63,797 nucleotides of DNA from Nemertoderma westbladi (taxonomy: Eukaryota; Animalia; Xenacoelomorpha): contig JAUCBJ010000883.1 of NCBI GenBank assembly GCA_032718475.1, positions 1 to 63,797 of the forward strand, in the 5' to 3' direction. Numbering within the stretch: position 1 is the first letter of the stretch; the number at the start of each line of letters is the position of its first letter. Made by a program: the position numbers and the translations under genes. The notes beneath the pieces are model-generated. The model was given only the letters and a program-made list of their open reading frames with translations. It did not search any database and was not told the origin of the DNA. Positions 49,170-62,476 of the stretch are shown here, piece after piece.

Positions 49170-49410
49170 AGATCGGCTATTTAAGGTAATTACTATCGTT
49201 GGCCTAAACAATTCGCCAATATGAAAACTTTAATTTTCTAACTGTACTGCATGTGTATACTCAAACACAAAGTATGATTAGGGCAATTTTCTTTCCCTTT
49301 GCACCAATTTCCCAATTATATCCTCCCTTTGAAAGCTGGGGGTAGTTAGGCACTATTCATTGATTGGCCGAGATAGTGCATATGGCCCCAGTTCTCTAAT
49401 CTGATTGGCT
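49170..49410 (-). promoter_or_regulatory. Candidate Dlx promoter
   Basis: Two minus-strand CCAATCA boxes (~49361-49367, ~49402-49408) and a TATA-like TTAAATAG (~49177-49184), about 2 kb upstream of the ATG. An acceptor at 47281 implies a 5' UTR exon. Confidence 0.35.
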
Positions 49411-50456
49411 TTTGTATCTTTTTGGAATCAAATTGTTTGATTCCAAGTTTTGGTTACGTTAAAACTATTTTTCATGCCGTACATGGTTTTTGATGAGATT
49501 AGAGTTGTTAGATTCGAAACGCCATTTACCAAAGTGTTCAGTCAATGGTAGCACACCAGATAAGGTAAGCACACCACAATGCATCTGTACAGTATGTGCC
49601 ACTGTGACTGCACCCAATAAGCTAATCTTTCTGATCGTATGCGCAATTAAATCCATTAAATACTGCCAGATTTAGTGAATTATCCCATTGCTGCTTTGTT
49701 TGATTTTCATATAATACGTAACTTTATTCCTCATAACTTTTTACCACACTTTTCCCCCTTGTCCGCAGTAAACCATATAGTACTGCTGGAGGATCACGCG
49801 GAATTAGCCATGTTATTCATCCACACTTCACGTCCATATTATATTCGGTACTGATTACCTTAGCAGAGAGTATGCATGCCGTATGCCGATTGGGGAACGC
49901 CACTCATTAAAACACGCACTTACAGGTAGTAGCTGTAAACGATAAAAATATATAGTTGTCTTATACTACCAATGCAATAGGCCTAAATACTGTAGTACAG
50001 TATATATGCAATGAATTGCGGTTACTCACGAGTCACGCTGCAGAAATATCTTCCATTTTTAGTAAACTAAAACAATGTATTTGAAAGTAGAAGCCCCCTT
50101 AGACTGTTGTAGATAGATGAAGGTGGGATATGTCTTATACTATAATGCCGCAATTTAATTGTGGTATGGTTATTTATCATACTTACCCCAAAGTTATGTA
50201 TAAATGTACGTATTCTTTATATTAAAGGTGAAAATGAAGTTTTCAGTAGACGAAAATATTAGCGCTGCACTTTTACACGGTTTCCTTATCTTCATAGCGG
50301 CATCGTGTACTATTTCTGACATATGATGTACTGAACCCTGCATTTTCACATTTATAATATTTTGCTCAATATCGGAGCAACCACCAATAAATTTCATTAT
50401 TGCGATCGGACGCAACTGATATTTTTGATATATTTTAACTTTATGGGACATAATTC

Positions 50457-50622
50457 TCACCTTGGTTGGGTGGTTAAATCCGTTGCCGTCTATTTACATA
50501 TCTACGTAGGTCGTGGGTTCGACCCCGCGTGGGAGCCAGAGGACCTTTCGTGAACAGTCCTTAAAGTGAACATCTATAAGGCGCATCTCTGCCTTGCGAA
50601 CCTTAAAAGGTAAATAAATGAA
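50457..50622 (+). mobile_element. Diverged tRNA-derived SINE related to 10204-10414
   Basis: gtaggtcgtgggttcgacccc and ctctgccttgc..ccttaa..ggta..taaatga. Confidence 0.6.
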
Positions 50623-53569
50623 AAGAGTTAAGTTTAATGTCATGTTATTGATATAATTATTAATAGTTAGAGAATGAAAAATATAATATTTAATGTAATA
50701 ATACTAATAATACCCATGAATGAAATACTCATTCGTTAAACTGTTTATTGCTAAATGTATTGGACACTCATTCCCACATATATCTCACAATTTGTTGTCA
50801 CATCCATGCCATGAAAAACTTGTGGAGTAAAGGATGGCCCTGGCCTTGACTGTAGCAGTTGTGTCTGTGCAGTGCAGTATAATTCAGGTCGCGGTTGGCG
50901 CATTTATTCTATTACAGTTGTTTGTTATTTTGAATCAAAACATTATTATACAATTTATAAATTTACTGAACACATTCTCTAAATATATATTCCATTAACA
51001 ACTGGCTATAACTACTGTATAATCATCACACAAAAATTTGCAGTTCCATGACCTAAACTTAAATATATCATGACAATTATGAACTGCTATATAGTGGATG
51101 AGTCTCTGATAGGCCTAAGTAACCCGATAGGCTGAAGAACTATGGAAACAGATTATCTCTGTTGGGTGTCTCCCATTAGTGCAGGGCGTACTGAGAGAGC
51201 CAGCGACTCCCCTATGATCTTATGGACAATAAATTGACCTTAAAAGCTGGTATATACCGTGTGGGTAGCATTGTGAGTCCAAGAGCGTGCAAGCTAACAG
51301 TCCAACGCGTAGGGGCGGGGATGGTCAATTAGTTATACTGACTTCTGTGTCTATGTGTACCGGTGCAGTACTGTCGTAGTGCCGGCGCAGCGGAGTTGCT
51401 CTCACAGTCAGCGATGGTTAATTGGGTTTAATTATTTCCTGCATAGGTACCGTTAGCTAGAACTCCTACATCTTGGCCTTTCCTTTTCGGGTAGGGCGCG
51501 TGTCGCCACGCGATTTTGAGGGCCAACATGGTGTGGGATTCTATAGAAAATTCGGTTATGGTACCGGCCCCCATCCGGGTGTCGACTCAACGATGGAAGG
51601 CCCCCTACCGCGGCCAGCGGTCACCTGTCAGAGACCTTGAGTGCATCATCACCATTGTGACCACTACTTCATCTTCGACTAAGAAGTTTTTTTTGTCAGC
51701 TCTCGTAAATTCAAAGTTATACTGTTATTCGTTTCCCATACATACATTTTTTACATTGGAAATCTATGTGTTTAAAATACGTTATCACTAAAATCATCAG
51801 AGGTGACTCCAATATGTGTCAACCGGTTATTAATTTTGGGTATTTTTTTCATTTAGTAACAAGAAAATTGTTTTGTCCAATGTTATAGTGTAAATGTTAT
51901 AGTTGTGTTTTGTAACACTAATACTTATCCAAAGATAAGTCCCCGGGATCTAATATCACCCAATCGTGAAGGAACACTGTTCAACGCTAAATTCATCCCA
52001 GACATCCATGGGAGATATTTATAAGCCTAGCTCTTCATATTTCTTTTTGTATTTAAATGGTGTAATGAAATGTTTACTAAATTTATCCTTCGACTTGGTA
52101 TTTTGGAACCTTTGGTACAGGTTGTCCATTTTCGAAAAAAATTGTATTTTTTTACTCATTGTAACCATGACTACAGTATCAGTGCTCAAAAACGTATTTA
52201 TTGACATTTACAAGTCAAGTGTAGATGATATGGACGAATATACTTTTAATGGCCACTTAATGTCTGTTCACCATTGTGGGTTGTGGCTATTCGAAGAGTG
52301 AATGAGGATGAAAATGGTATTTGTTTGAAAAGGATTCGAGTAACAAAGAATTAGATCACATTAGAATAAGAAGCACAAGGAATTGGAATGCATCAGTACC
52401 AGAGGATTAAATCTAGCGTACAGTGCTTAGTTATGTTAGCAGGATTAACCTATACAGTACAGTAGATCGGGTGCGTTCACCCTGGACGGGACACAGCAGC
52501 GAGCTGCCTGCCCGCTCAGAGTTCTAGTATCCGGGCCGCACATTCTATCAATGGGAGCTGTACGGACGCCTTTGTCTTCTGTGTGACTGACTTCCCAAGG
52601 CGTGTATCCTGTAATCTTCTGTAATTTGCTGAAAATTGCATAGACTTGTGTCGCAGTGCAATTATACGTTAATTATGCTGAGCAGTATGCATTCTGTGTT
52701 ATTATCCTACCAGTAATGTACTGTGTACTGTATTGTACGGCTGTTGGATATGGGATTTTTGTACTACAGTATTCTTTACATTCTATGTGACTATGTGTGT
52801 GTATGAATAGGCCTAAAATACAATAGAGGCAAACATTATATACTTTATTGCTATTTCGTACATCTATGATTACAAACACAATTTCCCTCCCACCATAGAA
52901 AATACACTGCGCGTATTAATAATGTATCAGCTACGTACAGATATTGAGTAGAAAGCAATACCAATAACGATGGGATGAGAGATATGATGAGGGTTGGGAT
53001 GAGAGGTAGATATGGTCTCCCCATCATAATATCGAACCGATCTTGAACTTTATTAATGATCTTAGTTTTCTGTCACAGAATTTAGTGGGAGTTTATCAAG
53101 CTTAGAGGAGGCCACATTGTTGGCCTCTGTGAATAGCACAAAGACCAAAATTCTGACAGCAAACATGGACTCATAGCAATAGAAAATTGATCGTGATTAC
53201 ATATGGGTTCGGAGGTCTTGCGAAAATCTCAGAATTCGCAAAGGAAAAGCCTGGTCTGCCATTCACAAGCTATCCAAAATATGGAAGAGCTGTGATTATT
53301 TATCATAGATCCGAACTCCATCGGCGTTTTAATTATATTTTCAATTTCCATATTAATTGGTTTTATGAGTAGGTTAGCAAACTGCACTCAGAGTGCTATA
53401 ATTTGATATAAGATAAAAATGTATTAGTCCTTGTGGTATGAGTTTTAAAATAGAATTGGTAACTCATGACATTTATATTGGTATTGTAATACGAAATGCT
53501 CATGTTCATTAAAGGTGAGCTTGTTCCGTTCTGCAGTCCGTTCTGCTGTGAGTGCTGCATTATGGCAGC

Positions 53570-53830
53570 CCATGCTGGGCTCTACTGCTGAAGACACCAG
53601 GTCTCTGGATGGAATATATACCAGGATGCTGCGCAGGATGCCTATGATGCACACAAGCAATCGTACTATATGTTATTCAACTATGGTAACATCCCATTGC
53701 TGAAACCCAGCATCACTCTGCAGAGACGCGGCCTGAAGCTTGCTGGGCACTATCTCCGACTATCTCATCTGTACACAACCCTTTACTGCGGCAACCTGCT
53801 GATGATAATAGACGTGGTGAACAGCCAATA
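53570..53830 (+). mobile_element. Degraded RTE-clade LINE 3' fragment
   Basis: LDGIYTRMLR and RRGLKLAGH motifs in shifted frames. Confidence 0.55.
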
Positions 53831-55166
53831 ACTTTCCATTCCCTATATATTACTCTCAAAGTACATAATATAGAACAATTCAAGACTTGAAAACCTCAAA
53901 TTATATGAACTTTTAGGTATCGGGTTTCAAAGTCGTTTAAAATTCCACTAGATTCAGAAAACCATTGAAAGCAGTCCTAATCATCCTCTCCTTGTGGTGA
54001 TAAACGTAAAATGTATTGTAAACGTAAAGATAAATGTACCACCACCGGCACCATCTCATTCTCATTGTTTGTATTAACAATAATTGACATACTGTATAAG
54101 TTTATATTGTTTATTATCACAGATTTGGTTACCATAAGATTATTAAGCTGATAATAATGGGTGAAATTAAATAATATTGATGTTTACAGACGGAAAGAAA
54201 AGATTGGTGATGGCAAATACTGTAGCATGGCAAGTAGTACCCGCTCGCTATTTACCCTATATTTAAAGGAATGGTGGGGAGATGTGGTGGGAGCGTGGAA
54301 GATGTGTAAATAATTATATATTAGAATATGACTGCAGAAGATTGATATTATTATAACTTTTTCCTACCCAGAGGTCACCAGTTCGATTCCACCTGGACGT
54401 CATTGCCGACTTTGCAAAAGCTGTACAAAATTACAAAATTATATTAACTAAATTAATTATATTATTTACAAAATATATAATCATATGAAACCACTCATTC
54501 ACCCATAAAACACCAATAATAAACTATGAAGATTGATATGGAAGTTTATGAAATCTATCCTGATTAGAGGAGACATTTTGGCAAGAGAAGAGGCCCGGCC
54601 GCTTTGATATTTAACCCAGATACGAGACGAATCAATTTAACCCAGATACGAGACGAATCCATCACGCTTCCAGTGAGAAACTGTCGAGGCATATCAAATA
54701 AATATCATATATAATAAATATCATATAAAATTTCAAAGTTGCCAAAGAATATCATAATATAATTGTATAATAATTGATATTGACGATTGGGTGTGTGTAG
54801 CATATAGAATATTGCAGAATACAATAGGTGAATGCAGAAGAATTGATAACAATAGTTACCTTTTAGATGTAGTTTGAAATGTTTTGATATTGGATTGATG
54901 TAATGATTTAACAAAATAATCACTGGGACTGCGTTATATGGATGGGCCTAAAATACTAACTGAGAAGTTTATGACAGACATTCCTACAAGAGGAGACAAC
55001 AAATATAGGGGTAGAACCAACATGAGTAGTCTAGTCGTGATAACTTTCTGTAAAATAGAACAGCAAAGACATAACTGGGAGAGGGTTATCGATTAACATA
55101 GTCAGGGAGAAGGATTCACCTCGTGTGGTTCATCTTATCATATAGAATTGGGCCGCCCCTTAAATT

Positions 55167-58100
55167 AGTCTCGTATTTCTGGGTTTGGTCCCTCACAGGG
55201 TCTAGTATTTCTGGGCTTGGTCCCTCACATGGTCTAGTATTTCTGGGCTTGGTCCCTCACATGGTCTAGTATTTCTGGGTTTGGTCCTTCACAGGGTCTA
55301 GTATTTCTGTGCTTGCTCCCTAACAGGGTCTAGTATTTCTGTGCATGGTCCATGGTCCCTCACAGGGTCTAGTATTTCTGGGCTTGCTCCCTCACACGGT
55401 CTAGTATTTCTGAGCTTGGTCCATCACTGGGTCTAGTATTTCTGGGCTTGGTCCCTCACATGGTCTAGTATTTCTGGGCTTGGTCCCTCACATGGTCTAG
55501 TATTTCTGGGCTTGGTCCATCACAGGGTCTAGTATTTCTGGGCTTGGTCCCTCACAGGGTCTAGTACTGTATTTCTGTGCTTGCTCCCTCACATGGTCTA
55601 GTATTTCTGGGCTTGGTCCCTCACTGGGTCTAGTATTTCTGGGCTTGGTCCCTCACAGGGTCTAGTACTGTATTTCTGTGCTTGCTCCCTCACATGGTCT
55701 AGTATTTCTGAGCTTGGTCCATCACAGGGTCTAGTATTTCTGGGCTTGGTCCCTCACATGGTCTAGTATTTCTGGGCTTGGTCCCTCACATGGTCTAGTA
55801 TTTCTGGGCTTGGTCCCTCACATGGTCTAGTATTTCTGGGCTTGGTCCCTCACATGGTCTAGTATTTCTGGGCTTGCTCCCTCACATGGTCTAGTATTTC
55901 TGAGCTTGGTCCATCACTGGGTCTAGTATTTCTGGGCTTGGTCCCTCACATGGTCTAGTATTTCTGGGCTTGGTCCCTCACATGGTCTAGTATTTCTGGG
56001 CTTGGTCCCTCACATGGTCTAGTATTTCTGGGCTTGGTCCCTCACATGGTCTAGTATTTCTGGGCTTGGTCCCTCACATGGTCTAGTATTTCTGGGCTTG
56101 CTCCCTCACATGGTCTAGTATTTCTGAGCTTGGTCCATCACTGGGTCTAGTATTTCTGGGCTTGGTCCCTCACAGGGTCTAGTACTGTATTTCTGTGCTT
56201 GCTCCTTCACATGGTCTAGTATTTCTGGGCTTGGTCCCTCACTGGGTCTAGTATTTCTGGGCTTGGTCCCTCACAGGGTCTAGTATTTCTGGGCTTGGTC
56301 CATCACAGGGTCTAGTATTTCTGAGCTTGGTCCATCACAGGGTCTAGTATTTCTGGGCTTGGTCCCTAACAGGGTCTAGTACTGTATTTCTGTGCTTGCT
56401 CCCTCACATGGTCTAGTATTTCTGGGCTTGGTCCCTCACATGGTCTAGTATTTCTGGGCTTGGTCCCTAACAGGGTCTAGTACTGTATTTCTGTGCTTGC
56501 TCCCTCACATGGTCTAGTATTTCTGGGCTTGGTCCATCACAGGGTCTAGTATTTCTGGGCTTGGTCCCTCACATGGTCTAGTATTTCTGGGCTTGGTCCA
56601 TCACAGGGTCTAGTATTTCTGAGCTTGGTCCATCACAGGGTCTAGTATTTCTGGGCTTGGTCCCTCACATGGTCTAGTATTTCTGGGCTTGGTCCATCAC
56701 AGGGTCTAGTATTTCTGGGCTTGGTCCCTCACAGGGTCTAGTATTTCTGGGCTTGGTCCATCACAGGGTCTAGTATTTCTGAGCTTGGTCCATCACTGGG
56801 TCTAGTATTTCTGGGCTTGGTCCCTCACATGGTCTAGTATTTCTGGGCTTGGTCCATCACAGGGTCTAGTATTTCTGGGCTTGGTCCCTCACATGGTCTA
56901 GTATTTCTGGGCTTGGTCCATCACAGGGTCTAGTATTTCTGAGCTTGGTCCATCACAGGGTCTAGTATTTCTGGGCTTGGTCCCTCACATGGTCTAGTAT
57001 TTCTGGGCTTGGTCCATCACAGGGTCTAGTATTTCTGGGCTTGGTCCCTCACATGGTCTAGTATTTCTGGGCTTGGTCCATCACAGGGTCTAGTATTTCT
57101 GAGCTTGGTCCATCACAGGGTCTAGTATTTCTGGGCTTGGTCCCTCACATGGTCTAGTATTTCTGGGCTTGGTCCCTCACAGGGTCTAGTATTTCTGGGC
57201 TTGGTCCCTCACATGGTCTAGTATTTCTGGGCTTGGTCCCTCTCAGGGTCTAGTATTTCTGGGCTTGGTCCCTCACATGGTCTAGTATTTCTGGGCTTGG
57301 TCCCTCTCAGGGTCTAGTATTTCTGGGCTTGGTCCCTCACATGGTCTAGTATTTCTGCGCTTGGTCCCTCACTGGGTCTAGTATTTCTGTGCTTGCTCCC
57401 TCACATGGTCTAGTATTTCTGGGTTTGCTCCCTCACAGGGTCTAGTTTTTCTGGGCTTCGTCCCTCTCAGGGTATAGTATTTCTGGGCTTCGTCCTTCAC
57501 AGGGTCTAGTATTTCTGGGCTTGGTCCCTCACATGGTCTAGTATTTCTGTGCTTGCTCCCTCACATGGTCTAGTATTTCTGGGCTTGGTCCCTCACTGGG
57601 TCTAGTATTTCTGGGCTTGGTCCCTCACAGGGTCTAGTACTGTATTTCTGTGCTTGCTCCCTCACATGGTCTAGTATTTCTGAGCTTGGTCCATCACAGG
57701 GTCTAGTATTTCTGGGCTTGGTCCCTCACATGGTCTAGTATTTCTGGGCTTGGTCCCTCACATGGTCTAGTATTTCTGGGCTTGGTCCCTCTCAGGGTCT
57801 AGTATTTCTGGGCTTGGTCCCTCACAGGGTCTAGTTTTTCTGGGCTTCGTCCCTCTCTGGGTCTAGTTTTTCTGGGGTTGGTCCATCACAGGGTCTAGTA
57901 TTTCTGGGCTTGGTCCCTCACATGGTCTAGTATTTCTGGGCTTGGTCCCTCACATGGTCTAGTATTTCTGGGCTTGGTCCCTCACATGGTCTAGTATTTC
58001 TGGGCTTGGTCCCTCACTGGGTCTAGTATTTCTGGGCTTGGTCCCTCACAGGGTCTAGTACTGTATTTCTGTGCTTGCTCCCTCACATGGTCTAGTATTT

Positions 58101-58416
58101 CTGAGCTTGGTCCCTCACTGGGTCTAGTATTTCTGGGCTTGGTCCCTCACAGGGTCTAGTATTTCTGGGCTTGGTCCCTCACTGGGTCTAGTATTTCTGG
58201 GCTTGGTCCCTCACAGGGTCTAGTACTGTATTTCTGTGCTTGCTCCCTCACATGGACTAGTATTTCTGAGCTTGGTCCATCACAGGGTCTAGTTTTTCTG
58301 GGCTTCGTCCCTCTCAGGGTCTAGTTTTTCTGGGGTTGGTCCATCACAGGGTCTAGTATTTCTGGGCTTGGTCCCTCACTGGGTCTAGTATTTCTGGGCT
58401 TGGTCCCTCATAGGGT
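55167..58416. repeat. 32-bp minisatellite (~100 copies)
   Basis: Unit gtctagtatttctgggcttggtccctcacatg, with a recurrent 37-bp variant. Confidence 0.97.
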
Positions 58417-59669
58417 CCTCTCAGAATCACGTTTCCATCCCAATCGCCATCCCATCCCCAGTCCTTGGAATTGGGAGGAAAATGTTTTGGGAATGGGATA
58501 ATTGTTAGATACCGAAGGGAAATAATTTTTTGCATAAAAAATAGAAAAGTGTTCGAGATAAATTATTAATTTGCGAAATTGGGGATAAGGAGGAGGGAAA
58601 CAAAACGTTCAATGTTCGAACGAGTATTTCATGAGTATTTTAATTGAACAGGGTAAGAATTGCAGCTTTTAGCTTTTATATTATGAAAATATTATGTAGC
58701 AATAGCCAATGCGCAATCAACCCGAGAGATGGCGCTAGTTTAGATATTTTACTGACTAGCTCGGATCTACAGGGTAAAATGGCACCAGCCTTCCCATCAG
58801 AATCTGGGCATACAATTACAAATTAGGGAAGACAAAATTACAATTAGGGCCGTATACATGGATGAATCATTCAGTCTAGCTATTCATCTGTCTATCTATA
58901 ATCGACATACTGATGCATTATATACATGTATTTAAGTAATCTTTAGACGAAGAAAACATATTGACGATCGTCATATCGGTTGAAATCGATTTCAAATCAA
59001 GGTTACTTTTATATTTAGCAAAAACGCAGGTTGCTTGCAACCTTGCTCACAAATCAGCACTGAGGTGAACCAGTGTTGATTGATTGATTGAGTGAGCGAT
59101 CAAAGTGAAAGTGGCTCTATAACGATTTTCGTAATTTTTTCAACACGGGTATATACACTAAATCTAAGGTCACTCGCAAATTTTCAGACTCAGAAGGTCG
59201 GGGGTCTTTTAATGGAATGCTAATTGGCTAATACCGAACCCCGATAAAAACAACTAATCTAAAACAGTATTTACAGTAGCCTACAGGTATCGATATAGCG
59301 TATCGTTGTAGCGATTCCTTACCCGCCGCATCGCGGCGTGCCTACATCGAATATTTGAATAAATTTCAATTTCATACCTAGACTAACATTTCGACACTTT
59401 TTATCGAAATCCAAGAAACTCATAATGTTGATATATTTACTCACTGAGAAGTCTATACCGGCTTATAAACATAATTTTTCGGCCACACCGCACCATCAGT
59501 ACCTTCACACAAGACTTTCGCATTTAAGAGTCGTCTCTAGAAAGTCGACTCTCCACCATGCTTATTAATTCTCTCCATGAGTCCGCCAAAGTACAAGATC
59601 GTGATCGATGGTCTTGAAGGAGAATGGAATGCAAAAAATGCCTCGTTCTATCGTCAAGCTTGGCGGACT

Positions 59670-59737
59670 AATGTGACACATGATGTGTGACACATGATGT
59701 GTGACACATGATGTGTGACACATGATGTGTGACACAT
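59670..59737. repeat. 14-bp tandem repeat
   Basis: (atgtgtgacacatg)n, about 4-5 copies. Confidence 0.8.
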
Positions 59738-62077
59738 CCAATGATTGTAAGGTCTGGTTGGGGGTGAGTTTATAGTAGTTGACACAATAAACGCTATCCA
59801 ATACAGAGGCAGAGATTTTTCTTCAGCAATTAAAGCCCAGCATGGAGTCCATATAGGAGTAGTGGTTATGCTGCTCTAAATGAACAAACCTTAAATGTTT
59901 GTTGTATTTTATGTGACCTCCAAATCCTGGGCAGTCCATTAATGCTGCCCATGCCTTCCCTTTCCATGTCCGAAGGTCTTTACTTGACTTCCGGATCAAC
60001 GACCACAGGTAAGAGAATCCATCCACGTGCTCAAATACACCATACTTAGAGCTTATACGGACAGATACGATCAGACATTTCATGTCGAAGTTACTGTAAC
60101 TTTCAAAATGTTGGTCTTCTTGGAGTTAACAATTAGTCCAACATTAGATGCAACCTGTTCTATAATGAGCTGAGGAGCCTTTGGGCTCCCGCCAGTGATT
60201 CCGAGAGTACTCCTAATTCGTCATCAAAGTCTAGATAAGTAAGTCTAGATAAGTAAGGTACTTTTCTGCGGATATTTTCGGCTCCATTCTGATTCCACAC
60301 CAGTTATTTATAAGAATAGTGAAAGTGTGTCAGACTTTATGACTCCCCATATAAAACTTCAAACGAACCCGTTGTCACCATCAGCAGAGGTAGACTCGAA
60401 TGTTTTGGAACGGTGATGTAGAGGTCTGTTTGCTGCACTAATTCCTTCAGAAGTATGCTGAACATGCGTGATCGGGAGACTGAGTTGAAGAAGGGTCTTA
60501 AAGAAGTTGATAAAGCCATATATCTGTTTTTCAATTGCCCTAAGGGCTAGAATCCTTTTGTAATCCATTCTTGTTCATGTAATAGTCACTAAATGGAAAA
60601 AAATAATTTAAATATTATAAGTTAAAACAAGTTGAGTAATACATTTGTGAAATTTTGAATGAAAATATGTACGTTTCTACACACAATTCTGTATCATAAA
60701 CATGATTTGGAAAATTTACTTACATCCTAAAGTAGCTACACCTAGTATACCTAATGTAGCGAGTTATCTGTTTATTTATAAATATAATAGATGTCATATA
60801 AAGTAGGAAGTTTAGTCCAAAATCACCACATCTGCCACTGATTTGCAGGATTATATGGAAAACACTGTAATTATATTAAAATACTTGTATTATTTAAAGT
60901 TTTAGATGCTTCTCCTACGTTCCAATAAAGAGGTTAAAAATTCGTCCTCATTCTATGATTACTACTCGAATTTATGGAACCTCGTTGTAATGTATGAATT
61001 AAGATTTCAAATATGAAAGAAAAGATAAGGTAGGAATAGCCACGACTTTTACAACATGTACACCATGACCCGTAATATAGTGTCAAAATTCAATGTCACG
61101 ACCCCCCAACCCCCCCCCCCCCCTAAAATTTTTTTTTCTATAAATCTTAATGAAATTGCATAAAATTTGAACAGATAGGGGGGAAAATGGACGCAATCAA
61201 AATTGATCCTTCTCCAAGGGAAATTCGACGCAAATAACAGCTGATTGTACTCAAAAATAAAATTGTAACCTGTTCTATTGTGTTTAGTTTATTGTTTGGT
61301 TTTGTTTTGGTTAAAATATCGTCCCACTGTAACCCGCTCCTTTCCCTAAATGGAGAATTAACATTGAGGTGGGATATTAATTCGCCAATATGGGATTTGC
61401 GTCCAGTTGATGTCGCAATTTGAAACAGAGTTAGTTTCACCTCTCTCCTCTTTTCTGGGTGAGCCAGAATTTTTATTTTTGCTTTCAATCTTTAGCTATA
61501 AGCATTAAAAAAAAAGAGTTTCCGGCGATATTACACCAGTCCAACCGCAGTTATTCTTCTACCTTATAGCTGTTTGTTGGTACCACTAACAACTATGTAG
61601 AAAGCTGGCCCTGCAAGGATTGCAAATATGTAACACAATCTGAATTTCGTTCGATTTCGTGTTTTGAACGCTTATTAATTATCTCAGCTATTTCCCAACC
61701 AAATGCAAATGTTTTTACATATTTGAAATCCTTGCACACTACCAACACGTTCGTGCGGCCTTCGCGCAGTACGAAGTGAGCAAAGCCTTAGCATATAGGG
61801 CACCATTAACGAGTTGTCTGTCGTTAGTTAGAAGTCGTCAACACAATACTCGACCAAGCCTGAGTCCTTCTAAACTTTTGACGAACTACATACGTACCAA
61901 GTTTCGTTTAATTTCATCAAGGAATAACCGAGTTAATAGCGATCATAAATTTACGACGACGACAGACAACTCTGCAACAATTTCACATAACAACCAATCT
62001 GATGCACAAAAAGTAGAGTAAAAGTAAATTTTCTTCGGCCACTAGGCCAGGGATTAAGCACAAAGTCTGACGACTTA

Positions 62078-62289
62078 TTTCCAGTGCGGTCCCCCCAGAA
62101 CTTTACTCCCCAGAGGAAACTCCAGTACTCATTTAGCTACCACTTAAGGATGCAAGGCAGAGATGCGCCCTGGCTGGTCCCTTTAAAGCATTCGTGCCGA
62201 AACGAAAACTGCCCCGGCCCATGTGAGGATCGAACCCACGACCTACGGAAGATGTGAATTCAATGCAACCACTACACCAAGGTGGAACC
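62078..62289 (-). mobile_element. tRNA-derived SINE (copy of 10204-10414)
   Basis: Reverse complement is nearly identical to the first copy. Confidence 0.8.
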
Positions 62290-62476
62290 TGCACAGTAAC
62301 TCACATAGCAACCAATCTGAAGCTTTAGTTTATAGGAATACGAAATCAAGAACAATGCGGGATATTTAAAACAACTACTGTATCTCATTGAATCTCCATT
62401 TCAATAACATAGTTTTTGTATTATTTCGATTTTGAACCAATTATGTGTAGCTTCGATCAGTCCGGAGATAGTTAAA

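Noticed and set aside
55167-58416. CRISPR-like array (also 42232-43902 and 62477-63797)
   Set aside because: The units are head-to-tail with no unique spacers, there are no cas genes, and the context is eukaryotic.
59400-60570. Short minus-strand ORFs as a third gene or transposase
   Set aside because: Fragmented, with no recognisable motif or consistent splice model; it may be a decayed element but I cannot support a call.
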